In this document: positions 29,302-38,877 of the stretch, in pieces
Numbering within the stretch: the stretch's first letter is position 1
Layout: every line of letters starts with the position of its first letter
Origin: Desulfobacterales bacterium
Lineage (GTDB): Bacteria; Desulfobacterota; Desulfobacteria; Desulfobacterales; UBA5616
DNA length: 64,000 nucleotides
Direction of reading: 5' to 3'
Assembly: GCA_046483495.1 (NCBI GenBank)
Contig: JAWODC010000044.1
Span: 128,001 to 192,000 of the forward strand
Program-made: the position numbers and the translations under genes
The notes under the pieces: generated by a model
The model's database searches: none
What the model was told of the DNA's origin: nothing
The model's input: the letters and a program-made list of their open reading frames with translations, nothing else

Positions 29302-30729
29302 ATGCAAATCAAAACGAAGGAATTCAAAACGGTCGCCAAAAAGGAGTTGAACAACCCTCATTCAAGGATATTTTTAAATCTTCTGCCGGTGGTCCTGTCC
29401 TCGCTCCGAACGCTTGCTATGGAATCCTTTCCCGACCCGGAGGCCGCGCACAAACTGGGCGGCATTATCCGGTCCGAGGCGGTGGCCCGTCTCCCGGAAT
29501 TGCTGGAGCGATTTGAAGCAAACGCCGTAAAGGCCGGGGCAACGGTATTTTGGGCCGAAGATACCGATGCGGCGAACGCCTATATTCTGAAACTCGCCCG
29601 GGATAACCATGTCGAATATGTCACCAAGGGCAAGTCCATGGTGACCGAAGAAATGGGGCTCAACGAAGTCCTGGAAAAAAACGGCATAAAGGCGTATGAA
29701 ACCGACCTGGGAGAATTCATCACCCAGCTTCTCGGCCGCCCGCCGTTTCATATCGTCGGCCCCGCCGCCAACATACCGACGGATCAAATACGCGACGTTT
29801 TCATGGAAAAAGCCGGTCTTGAAACCCCGACAACGGATCCGGTCGAACTCGGCTACGCGGCACGGCGGTACCTGCGGGATAAATTTTTCAGAATGAAGAT
29901 GGGCATCACGGGCGTCAACTTCGCCGTGGCCGAAACCGGAACCATTATTAATGTGGAAAACGAGGGCAACATTCGGTTCAACAAGTCATCCCCCGATATT
30001 CAAGTGTCCGTCATGACGATCGAGAAGGTGATTCCAAGCATGAAAGACGCCATGCATCTGTTGCGCCTCGTTTCCCGCAACTGCACGGGCCAGCATATCG
30101 GCAGCTATGCCTCGATGGATACAGGTCCCCGAAAGTCCGATGAAGTCGACGGCCCGAAAGAGCTGCACATCGTAATTCTCGACAACGGCCGGAGCAGTCT
30201 GTACCAGGATGCCGCAACCCGCCAGGCTCTTCAATGCATCCGATGCGGCGGATGCCTGAACATATGCCCGGTGTACGGCATCATCGGCGGGTATCCTTAC
30301 GGCTGGGTGTATTCGGGCCCCATGGGTCAGCTGCTGACGCCGATGCTGCTGGGAATTTCCGGCTGCCATGACCTTTTGTGGGCCTGTACAGGCTGCGGCG
30401 CGTGTCGTGAATACTGCCCGGCGGGAATCGATCATCCCCGGGTCCTTCATTATTTGCGGGATCTGGAAGTCCGCGGGGATGCGGCATTCAAGGCCCCCCC
30501 GCCCCCGATTACGGAAAAAATGGCCTACCGGACGTTTGCGGGTATTGCGTCAAATCCCATGCTTTGGAAAATGACCGCAAGGGCCATGCGCACGGTACTC
30601 AATCGCGGCGCCGATTCGGAAAAACTCTCCCGGGGGCCCGGACCCATGAACACCTGGCTCGAAGGGCGGGATTTCCCCCGGATGCCGAAAAAAACCTTCC
30701 ATGATCGTTGGAAAGAGATAATGGATTGA
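29302..30729 (+). CDS. lutB: LutB-type LUD/Fe-S subunit
   Basis: KGKSMVTEE, ETDLGEFI, HIVGPA, NEGN, CIRCGGCLNICPVY, CTGCGAC..CP. Confidence 0.9.
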   Translation: MQIKTKEFKTVAKKELNNPHSRIFLNLLPVVLSSLRTLAMESFPDPEAAHKLGGIIRSEAVARLPELLERFEANAVKAGATVFWAEDTDAANAYILKLARDNHVEYVTKGKSMVTEEMGLNEVLEKNGIKAYETDLGEFITQLLGRPPFHIVGPAANIPTDQIRDVFMEKAGLETPTTDPVELGYAARRYLRDKFFRMKMGITGVNFAVAETGTIINVENEGNIRFNKSSPDIQVSVMTIEKVIPSMKDAMHLLRLVSRNCTGQHIGSYASMDTGPRKSDEVDGPKELHIVILDNGRSSLYQDAATRQALQCIRCGGCLNICPVYGIIGGYPYGWVYSGPMGQLLTPMLLGISGCHDLLWACTGCGACREYCPAGIDHPRVLHYLRDLEVRGDAAFKAPPPPITEKMAYRTFAGIASNPMLWKMTARAMRTVLNRGADSEKLSRGPGPMNTWLEGRDFPRMPKKTFHDRWKEIMD

Positions 30730-30819
30730 CATATTCCACGACACTCGAAAACAATCGATATTGCGTGGGGACCGTCAAACGTGTCCCTCACCCATATGTT
30801 GCCTCAAAAGGAAAAAAAA

Positions 30820-31485
30820 ATGGACAGCGCACGCGATCGCATTTTAGAACGACTGGGAAAAATAAAACCGGTTCATATTCCCGAGCGGATTGAAATGCCG
30901 CCCCCGTATGAGGCCGAATTTTCCCGGGAGGAACTCATCGAAAAGTTTGCCGCAAAATTGACGGAGCAAACCGGCGTCTTCCATCGGGCCGCCGATCGGG
31001 AAGGCGCCCTGGAAGTCTTGAAGGAAATCGCCGAAGAGGAGAAATTGACCTGCATCATGGCTTCGGAAAACGGCCTCGTGAATTCACTGAACCTGCCTGA
31101 ATGGGGAAAGGCGCACGGCATAACGGTATTTTTCCCCCATGATTTTGAAGAAACCGGGGCCTACAAGGATGCCGTTTTCAACAAAGCCGATGCCGGCGTT
31201 ACGGCTGCTGATTTCGCTGTAGCCGAATCCGGCACCCTCGCGATCATTCATGACAGGAATAACGCCCGTCTTTTATCTCTGGCCCCCATTTTCCATATCG
31301 CTGTCGTGGATATCGATCATGTGGTGCCGGTTTACGAAACGGTGATCGAATCCGCCTACAATACAGGCGATTTGCCGTCACATGTCACGTTTATCACCGG
31401 TCCGAGCATGACGGGGGATATACAGGGACAGATGTTCAAGGGAATGCACGGTCCGAGAAAATTGGCCGTTATTTTGATCGGATGA
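30820..31485 (+). CDS. lutC: LutC-type LUD domain subunit
   Basis: ARDRILERL, AVAESGTL, RLLSLAP, ITGPSMTGDI, GMHGP; ATG 30820 taken as the start. Confidence 0.88.
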   Translation: MDSARDRILERLGKIKPVHIPERIEMPPPYEAEFSREELIEKFAAKLTEQTGVFHRAADREGALEVLKEIAEEEKLTCIMASENGLVNSLNLPEWGKAHGITVFFPHDFEETGAYKDAVFNKADAGVTAADFAVAESGTLAIIHDRNNARLLSLAPIFHIAVVDIDHVVPVYETVIESAYNTGDLPSHVTFITGPSMTGDIQGQMFKGMHGPRKLAVILIG

Positions 31486-31586
31486 GACCGGCCGTTTACC
31501 CGCTTACCGCCCTTCATCGTCATGTATTTTTAGCGTGTCGGGAATGATACCCGACCGCCGGAACCGAAAAAAACTGGAGAAGCGTT

Positions 31587-33221
31587 ATGGAATTAAGAAG
31601 CAAACGACGGTTTCCCGAGCTGAACGGATTAATGTACGCCTGTGGTTTTACGGAGCACGAGGTGGGAAAACCCATGGTGGGGGTGATCAACGCCTTTTCG
31701 GAGGTGGTGCCCGGGCATATGAACCTGAAGCTGCTTACGGATATGGTAAAAACCGGCATTCGAATGGCAGGCGGCGTGCCCGTGGAATTCCCCTGCATCG
31801 CCATGTGCGACGGCATCGCCACCGGAAAATACCAGATGGCCATGCGCAATCATATTGCCGATGCCATCGAAATTCTGATCGAATCGCATGAATTGGACGG
31901 CATGGTGCTCTTGTCCGGCTGCGACAAGATCGTGCCGGGCCAGATGATGGCCCTGGCCCGATTGAACATTCCGGGCATTCTGGTAACCTCCGGTCCCATG
32001 CAGCCCGGATGCCGGAACCGGAAAAATTTTGTCCTTTCCGACTACGTGGACAACCGCATGGCCGAACTGCTGGGAAAAGTCAGCTTCACGCCGCGGGAAA
32101 AAGAAGAGCTGATGGCCCAGGCGTTTCCCACGGTGGGAAGCTGCCAGGGCATGTACACGGCCAATTCCATGGCCATATTCGCCGAGGCCCTCGGAATCAC
32201 GCTGCCGTCCTGCGCCACCGTGCATGCCGTGGATTCGAGAAAGATGAGCCTCGCCAAAAAATCGGGCATGCGCATCGTGGATATGATAAACGACAATTTA
32301 CGGCCGACAGACATCATGACAAAACAGGGGTTCGAGAACGCCATCCGCGTGGCCGTCTCTACAGGTGCATCCACCAATCTGTGTACGCATATCCCGGCCA
32401 TTGCCGCGGAAATGGGCATTACGGTGACGATTGACGACTTCGACGCCTTCAGCCGCAGTACGCCGCACCTCGTGGAAATGTGCCCTGCCGGCGAACACGC
32501 CATGAGCGATCTTGACCGGGCCGGGGGGGTAGGCGCCGTGATGAAGACACTGTCCCCGCTGCTCCATCTGGACTCACCTACCGTGATGGGAAAACCTATC
32601 GGAGATATGATCGCTGATGAAGTTGTGCAAAACCACGAAGTGATTCGGCCCATGGAGAATCCGATACGGCCGGAAAGCGGCATGGTGGTGCTGCGCGGCA
32701 GCCTGGCACCGGAAGGGGCGATCGCCCGTTCAGCCAGTTTCCCCGCGGACTGCCTGGTATTCGAAGGAAAGGCCCGATGCTTCTCGGATGCGGATGCGGC
32801 GGCGTGGGCGGTCATGGGCGGCGAGGTCCGTGACGGCGACATCGTGGTTGCCCGGTACGAAGGGCTCAAGGGCGGCCCCGGCGGCCGCGAAATCAGCCTG
32901 CTTCCCTACATGCTCAACGCCCTCGGCGCGGATCATATCGGCATGATTACCGATGGTCGGCTGTCCGGATCGAATCGCGGCGCGATGGTCTGCCACATAA
33001 CACCCGAAGCTTATGACGGCGGTCCGCTGGCCCTGGTCGAGGATGGCGACGTCATTCGTATCGATGTCCCGAACCGGCGCCTGGATCTTCTCGTTTCCGA
33101 CGAGGAACTCGAGCGGCGCAAAAAAGAATGGCGCCGACCGGCACATGACGAACTCACAAGCTATATGAAACGATATATCGCCACGGTAAACACGCTCCAT
33201 CAAGGAGCACTGCAGAAATAA
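31587..33221 (+). CDS. IlvD/Edd family dihydroxy-acid dehydratase (divergent paralog 1)
   Basis: PGH, MCDG, GCDK, GSCQGMYTANSM, STN, GSLAPEGA, TDGRLSG, HITPEA. Confidence 0.9.
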   Translation: MELRSKRRFPELNGLMYACGFTEHEVGKPMVGVINAFSEVVPGHMNLKLLTDMVKTGIRMAGGVPVEFPCIAMCDGIATGKYQMAMRNHIADAIEILIESHELDGMVLLSGCDKIVPGQMMALARLNIPGILVTSGPMQPGCRNRKNFVLSDYVDNRMAELLGKVSFTPREKEELMAQAFPTVGSCQGMYTANSMAIFAEALGITLPSCATVHAVDSRKMSLAKKSGMRIVDMINDNLRPTDIMTKQGFENAIRVAVSTGASTNLCTHIPAIAAEMGITVTIDDFDAFSRSTPHLVEMCPAGEHAMSDLDRAGGVGAVMKTLSPLLHLDSPTVMGKPIGDMIADEVVQNHEVIRPMENPIRPESGMVVLRGSLAPEGAIARSASFPADCLVFEGKARCFSDADAAAWAVMGGEVRDGDIVVARYEGLKGGPGGREISLLPYMLNALGADHIGMITDGRLSGSNRGAMVCHITPEAYDGGPLALVEDGDVIRIDVPNRRLDLLVSDEELERRKKEWRRPAHDELTSYMKRYIATVNTLHQGALQK

Positions 33222-33238
33222 AAGGAGGTTGATGCATC

Positions 33239-34537
33239 ATGTCCAACACCCATTCAGTTACCGTTCCAACACGTGCCTGGCACGGCGATGTGCCGGTGGA
33301 ACTTGCATTTCCTGAAAAATGGGATGTCGTTTCCTGCGAAATGAAGGGCCACCATGCACCTGAACTGAGCGAGGACGACATTCGAAAAGCCTTTGCCGAA
33401 CCCATCGGCACCAAGCCGGTTCGAAAATTGGCGGCAGAACGCAATGAGGTGGCCATCATCATCGATGATATGACCCGCCCCACGCGAATGGACAGGATTG
33501 TTCCTATTCTGCTCGAAGAGCTCAAGGCGGGCGGCATCGAGGACGACTGCATTCGGTTCGTCATGGCGCTCGGCGCCCACGGGGCCTACACCCGTACCGA
33601 TTTTGTCAAGAAGCTCGGCGAAGCGGTCGTAGCACAGTATCCGGTGTACAACCACAATGTCTATGAAAACTGTACACTGATGGGGAAGACCACCCGGGCC
33701 ACCCGTGTTTTCATCAATGCCGAAGTGGCCAAGTGCGACCTCAAGATCGGCCTCGGTTCAATCGTTCCGCACCTATACACGGGGTTCGGCGGCGGGGCCA
33801 AGATCCTGCTTCCCGGCGTCTGCTCCATGGAAACGATCGAAGCCAACCATGAATCCCTGCGCTATACGGCCATGCAGACCTCGCTTGGCGCGGAAATCGC
33901 TCTGGGCAAATACAAGCAAAATGTCATGCGGCTGGATATGGTGGAAGCCGCCCGAATCGCCGGCATGGATCTCATCGTAAACTCCCTGGTGAACTGCCGC
34001 AGGCAGAATACGGCTCTTTTTGTCGGGGATGTGGAGGAGGCGTACCTGGCCGGTGCCGCCAAGGCCGAGTCCCACTATGCCACGCAGATCCGGTCCGATG
34101 CCGACGTCATTGTGGCGAATTGCTATGCCAAGGGCAGCGAAGCCCTGTTGTCCCTCCCTGCATGCCTCCCCTTTTTCTTTATGCCGCCCCAGAAGGATTT
34201 CGTCATGATCGTCAGCGCCCCCGAAGGCCAGGTGACCCATTATATCTACGGCGTATTCGGCAAAACCATCGGCGGCCGCCATTACCAGGAGCTTCCCGCC
34301 GTCAGCAACATCCCGGGATTGAACCGGATGATTATTTACGCCCCGCTGGGTGATAAGGCCGGAGAGCAATGGCTTGGGTTGAAGGAAAGCGAAACCATTC
34401 GGGACTGGCAATCGGTCATCGACCGGCTTACGCAAACCCACGGCGACAGCGCAAAGGTCGTGGTGATTCCCGATGCCACGATCCAGTATTTTCCTGAAGG
34501 AAAAAACGACCCGGTTTCTCAGGCGTTGAATGAGTAA
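33239..34537 (+). CDS. LarA-family (nickel-pincer) alpha-hydroxy-acid racemase/epimerase homolog
   Basis: DDMTRPT, ALGAHG, YNHN, PHLYTGFGGGAKILLPG, EANH. Confidence 0.88.
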   Translation: MSNTHSVTVPTRAWHGDVPVELAFPEKWDVVSCEMKGHHAPELSEDDIRKAFAEPIGTKPVRKLAAERNEVAIIIDDMTRPTRMDRIVPILLEELKAGGIEDDCIRFVMALGAHGAYTRTDFVKKLGEAVVAQYPVYNHNVYENCTLMGKTTRATRVFINAEVAKCDLKIGLGSIVPHLYTGFGGGAKILLPGVCSMETIEANHESLRYTAMQTSLGAEIALGKYKQNVMRLDMVEAARIAGMDLIVNSLVNCRRQNTALFVGDVEEAYLAGAAKAESHYATQIRSDADVIVANCYAKGSEALLSLPACLPFFFMPPQKDFVMIVSAPEGQVTHYIYGVFGKTIGGRHYQELPAVSNIPGLNRMIIYAPLGDKAGEQWLGLKESETIRDWQSVIDRLTQTHGDSAKVVVIPDATIQYFPEGKNDPVSQALNE

Positions 34538-34578
34538 AAAACCGGTGGTGTTAGACGCCTGCCGATAACCGCCAATTC

Positions 34579-34647
34579 GATGGGTTCCGATGCGCTCCAC
34601 CCTTCCTGCAGTGCCATACCGGATCGCAGGAAGGGTGAGAACCCATC
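34579..34647. repeat. Inverted REP-like doublet (REPIN-like)
   Basis: GATGGGTTCCGATGCGCTCCACCCTTCCTGC ... GCAGGAAGGGTGAGAACCCATC form a long hairpin; the arms resemble GTAG-family REPs. Confidence 0.6.
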
Positions 34648-34941
34648 CATTCCAATAGGCCCTTTTTGATATTACCGATCCAATGACTGCGGATTCCGCT
34701 GCGCTATAAAATGAATTAAAGGTGAGCAATAAATACATGATATACAGTATTTATGAATCCGGGCTTTTGATGAATGTAATAAAATATATGTTCCAATTAC
34801 GCATTCCGTCCGCGCAGGGCCGGAACAATACACAAGACACAGATTCCGGTGAATTTCAGCCTTCGTGGGTGGTAATGGAATATGAGCTCCTGCTGAGCCG
34901 AAGTGATCGGCGCCAACCATACGAACAAAAAGGAGGCGATT

Positions 34942-35358
34942 ATGAAAAGAGCGTGGATTGCTGTTTTTACCTGTATCTTGATAATCATGGCAGCTGTCTT
35001 CAGTACCGGAATTCTTTCCGCAATGCAATGCATGGTAATCAAGGTAACCCCCATAAACGCGGCAAAAAGATCGGTTTCCCTCCACCCGGAGACGCTGAAT
35101 GCCGCGCAAGGGGACTGCGTGGTTTGGTTCAATGCCACCCGTACCTCAATAAAAGTAACGCTTTTAGACGGTGAAAAGTGCGCCTCAGTCTCCGGGGCTC
35201 CGGTGGGATTTGTATTGGATGAAGAGTGCTTTTCCACGGCCTGGATGGATGTCGGCGCAACCGCCAGCGTAAGGTTTATGGAAGGAGGCACCTATCGGTT
35301 TGCAGTAACGACGCAAAGCGATCCCAATGAAGTTGAAGGGACCATAAACGTCGAATAG
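34942..35358 (+). CDS. Secreted hypothetical protein, cupredoxin-like fold predicted
   Basis: ATG 34942 after AGGAGG; signal peptide; P.TL....GDCVVWFN and GTYRF...GTINVE strand pattern; no obvious C-terminal Cu ligands. Confidence 0.6.
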   Translation: MKRAWIAVFTCILIIMAAVFSTGILSAMQCMVIKVTPINAAKRSVSLHPETLNAAQGDCVVWFNATRTSIKVTLLDGEKCASVSGAPVGFVLDEECFSTAWMDVGATASVRFMEGGTYRFAVTTQSDPNEVEGTINVE

Positions 35359-35657
35359 GGTATTGCCCCTGGTTTTCAATAAAAACAGCCAAACGCCATT
35401 TTCTCCGCAATGGGCACAGCCGCACATGCCGCCTGCGGTACGTCCCTGACTTTTGGTATGAGTAGATGCACACCTTCTAGTCTGCAAACTGCGTTTCCTT
35501 GTGCATGCCGGCATTTTCCTGGTGCAACCCCCGGTTCGTTTTGACATCCATAACGATTTGAAGTAGTGTCATACACATAACCATCCTTTTGTGTAAGCAC
35601 CCGATTTTATTACCTATAAGCTGTATACCCAATTCGAAAAAGATCAGAAAAGGAGCG

Positions 35658-37304
35658 ATGATGAAAAAGAAAATCAGTCACGCGGTTTATGATGAAAAAG
35701 ATTTATACCCCTATCTCATGCGAATGAACGTACTGAAAGGTACAGGCGTGGATACGAATGAATGCGGGCAAAAACCCATTATCGCCGTGGTGAATTCGCA
35801 TACCGAAATGAATACGGGGCATATGCATCTGGCCTCCCTGGCGACACGGGTCAAGGAAGGAATCCACGCGGCCGGCGGAATTCCGTTCGAATTCAATGTC
35901 CCGGCCCCCTGTGACGGCCTCGCCGAAGGAAACGATGGGATGAAATTCATCCTGGCTCAACGTGACCTGATTGCCGATATGGTGGAAACGCACGTCAGAA
36001 GCCAGCTTTTTGACGGCATGGTGATGATCGCCTCATGTGACAAGATCATACCCGGTATGCTCATGGCCGCCGCCCGCTGTTCGTTGCCCACGATCTTTCT
36101 GACCGGAGGACCGACATTATATGAAATCCGTTTGCGAAAAGGCTATAAGGGTACCATCCTCCATTCGGATTATGAAGACCTGAACGACAAACTCAACACG
36201 GTGTATTGTGCGTCCTGCGGTGCATGCGAAATCATGGGAACGGCGAATACCTTTCAAAGTCTTGCCGAGGCACTGGGCATGACCCTGCCGGGAACCGCCT
36301 GCATACCGGCCTACCATTCGGAAAGGCTGCGCGTGGCCAGGCTTACCGGCAAACACATCATGAAAATGGTGGAAGAAGATGTGACAGCGGATAAAATCTT
36401 GACGAAAAAAGCCCTCGAAAATGCGCTGGCCGTGAACATGGCTGTCGGGGGGTCGACCAATGCCGCCCTTCATCTGCCGGCCCTGGCCCACGAATTGGGC
36501 GTCGATATGCCCTTGACCCTTTTCAATGATTTCAGCAAACGGATTCCCACCCTTTGCCGGCTGTCTCCCAGCGGACCCCACGGAATTACCGACTTGTACC
36601 GGGCGGGCGGCATACCCGCCGTAATGAAGCGGTTAAAGGAAGATCTTCACCTGGATGCCCTTAATGTTTCCGGCAGAACCATCGGCGAAATTATCGAATC
36701 CGCCGTCGTTTCGGATGAAGAGGTCGTGCCGGATCGGAGCGCTCCCTATTATCCGGAAGGCGGCACCGTCGTTCTCACCGGAAACCTTGCGCCGGAAGGC
36801 GCCGTTATCAAGCAATCCGCCGTTGTAAACGATCAGCACGTTTTCACCGGGCCGGCCCACGTCTTTGAATCGGAGCATGATTTTCTCGCAGCGATCCGTG
36901 AAGGAAATATCAACGAGGGGGAAGTAATCGTAATTCGGAACGAGGGGCCGCAAGGCGGCCCGGGCATGCCGGAGATGCTGGCCGCCACCATGAGCATCGG
37001 AGCGCACGGATACACCCGAGTGGCGCTCATCACCGACGGGCGCTTTTCAGGGGCAACCTCCGGACCCTGCGTCGGGCATGTATCACCCGAAGCGCTTGCC
37101 GGCGGACCCATCGGGATTCTGAAAGACGACGATGAAATCACCATCAACATTCCTGAACGCAGCATCGATGTCAAATTGTCGAGCGGTGAACTTCAGAAAC
37201 GCATCGCAGCCTACACACCGATCCGCCGGGAAATCCCCAAAGGATTCATGAGGCGGTATGTAAAACAGGTGGGTTCCGCCGCCAAAGGCGCTATCCTGGA
37301 GTGA
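35658..37304 (+). CDS. IlvD/Edd family dihydroxy-acid dehydratase (paralog 2)
   Basis: ATG after AGGAG; PCDG, SCDKIIPG, GACEIMGTANT, GGSTN, GGPGMPEM, TDGRFSG, HVSPEA. Confidence 0.92.
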   Translation: MMKKKISHAVYDEKDLYPYLMRMNVLKGTGVDTNECGQKPIIAVVNSHTEMNTGHMHLASLATRVKEGIHAAGGIPFEFNVPAPCDGLAEGNDGMKFILAQRDLIADMVETHVRSQLFDGMVMIASCDKIIPGMLMAAARCSLPTIFLTGGPTLYEIRLRKGYKGTILHSDYEDLNDKLNTVYCASCGACEIMGTANTFQSLAEALGMTLPGTACIPAYHSERLRVARLTGKHIMKMVEEDVTADKILTKKALENALAVNMAVGGSTNAALHLPALAHELGVDMPLTLFNDFSKRIPTLCRLSPSGPHGITDLYRAGGIPAVMKRLKEDLHLDALNVSGRTIGEIIESAVVSDEEVVPDRSAPYYPEGGTVVLTGNLAPEGAVIKQSAVVNDQHVFTGPAHVFESEHDFLAAIREGNINEGEVIVIRNEGPQGGPGMPEMLAATMSIGAHGYTRVALITDGRFSGATSGPCVGHVSPEALAGGPIGILKDDDEITINIPERSIDVKLSSGELQKRIAAYTPIRREIPKGFMRRYVKQVGSAAKGAILE

Positions 37305-37353
37305 TCTTTTCGGGGAGAGCCCGCCGGGGGTGTTCGGGCGGGTTCACCCGCTT

Positions 37354-38598
37354 TCAACCGATGATTTTCTTATCCCGAAAGTCCTTGATCTCAGATGTTG
37401 AATAGCCCAATTCGTGCATAAGTTCTTCGGTATGCTCCCCCAATCCCGGTGAAGGGTTTCGAGTGCCCGCCGTATTGGCGCTGAACGTGACGGGAAATCC
37501 GGGCACCAGGATACTGCCGAGAACCGGATGCTGAAAATCGGTGATGTAGCCGTTCGCCAGGGCCTGGGGATCCGTCAGCACCTCCTCGAGATTCTGGACC
37601 GGAGCAAACATGAAACCGTTGTCTTGAAAAAGGCGAATCCATTCATCACGGGTCTTGGTGATGAATACCTCATCATAAATGGCAACCAGTTCAGCGGCAT
37701 GTTCATTGCGCGTTTCCGTTTCGGCATACCGCGGATCGTGAATCAGTTCGGGCTTGCCGGTGAATTCACAGAATTTTGCCCAAAATTTTTCCTCGGGATG
37801 ATTCGTCCCCATGATCCATTTGCCGTCTTTGCATTTAAAGCAGTTGCGCAGCGGTGAATTCAATGACCGGTCCCACGGCACAATGGGGTTCTTCTTGAGA
37901 ATGCCGGTGGCCAACACGTTGCAATGGGTCAGCCACAGGGCGGCACTGTAAAGGGATACGTGGACTTCCTGTCCGATCCCATGCCGCTCTCGATAAAATA
38001 AGGCCGTTATGATGGCGTGACTGGCGGCAATGGATGTCATCTGGTCCAGCACCACCGACTGCACCAGCACCGGTTCATCCGGGCCTGTCAGAAAGGCCAT
38101 GCCCGAAACCGCCTGCCCCATTGGGTCAAATGCGCCCACATCGCTCATCGGGCCCTGCGGTCCAAACCCTGATACATTGGCATGTATCAATTTTGGGTTG
38201 ATGCGCGTTAACGTGGGATAGTCCAATCCCAACCGGGGTTTCGTGCTCTTCCTCAAATTTGTCAAGAACACGTCGGCGTGCTGAATCAAACGGTGAAATA
38301 TGCGCCTGCCCTCATCGGTCTGGATATCCAGGCATATTCCTTTTTTATTACGATTTGACAGTTCGAACAAAAAGCTCCAATCAGCATCCGCTAGCATATC
38401 GAATTTTACAGCGCCCAATCCTTTTTGCAGCCGTTCGGGGTCGCCTTCCAGGGATTCGACCTTGATCACCTCGGCTCCCATATCACCGAGAATGGCGCTT
38501 GCACCGGGGCCGGCATGCCAAATCGCGTATTCCACCATCCGGATTCCCTCCAGGGGCCGGGGCATGGCGCTGCGGTGGTTCTGATCATCGAACATCAA
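37354..38598 (-). CDS. Family III CoA-transferase (CaiB/BaiF)
   Basis: PLEGIR, AGP, GAEVIKVE..GD.R, NRNKK, SGFG, AFD catalytic Asp, LGEHT. Confidence 0.93.
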   Translation of the reverse strand: MMFDDQNHRSAMPRPLEGIRMVEYAIWHAGPGASAILGDMGAEVIKVESLEGDPERLQKGLGAVKFDMLADADWSFLFELSNRNKKGICLDIQTDEGRRIFHRLIQHADVFLTNLRKSTKPRLGLDYPTLTRINPKLIHANVSGFGPQGPMSDVGAFDPMGQAVSGMAFLTGPDEPVLVQSVVLDQMTSIAASHAIITALFYRERHGIGQEVHVSLYSAALWLTHCNVLATGILKKNPIVPWDRSLNSPLRNCFKCKDGKWIMGTNHPEEKFWAKFCEFTGKPELIHDPRYAETETRNEHAAELVAIYDEVFITKTRDEWIRLFQDNGFMFAPVQNLEEVLTDPQALANGYITDFQHPVLGSILVPGFPVTFSANTAGTRNPSPGLGEHTEELMHELGYSTSEIKDFRDKKIIG

Positions 38599-38731
38599 TT
38601 TTCTCCAAGAAATGAATGTAAGCGTTTCCAGCCTCGCTCTAAATACAATCCGAGTTTCTGCGTGTCAAGCCGAACCCCATAAATGGATTTTTTTGGAGGT
38701 TGAAATCTGTTATAGTATTTGGGTGGTTGGG

Positions 38732-38821
38732 ATCGTTTAAATCGTTAGGATCGTTAGGATCGTTAGGATCGTTGGTATCGTTGGTATCGCTGGTATCGCT
38801 GGGGTCACTGGAATCGTTATG
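38732..38821. repeat. Intergenic 9-bp tandem repeat, about 10 degenerate units
   Basis: ATCGTTTAA, (ATCGTTAGG)x3, (ATCGTTGGT)x2, ATCGCTGGT, ATCGCTGGG, GTCACTGGA, ATCGTTATG. Confidence 0.9.
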
Positions 38822-38877
38822 GTGGTACAGTTTCGTTTTTGACCGGATGGATTTTGATATCGATTCGTAATGATATA

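Noticed and set aside
20755..34738. Long alternative ORFs (20755..21732, 22948..23892, 26777..27856, 33773..34738)
   Set aside because: They are antisense shadows of well-supported genes, with no recognisable motifs.
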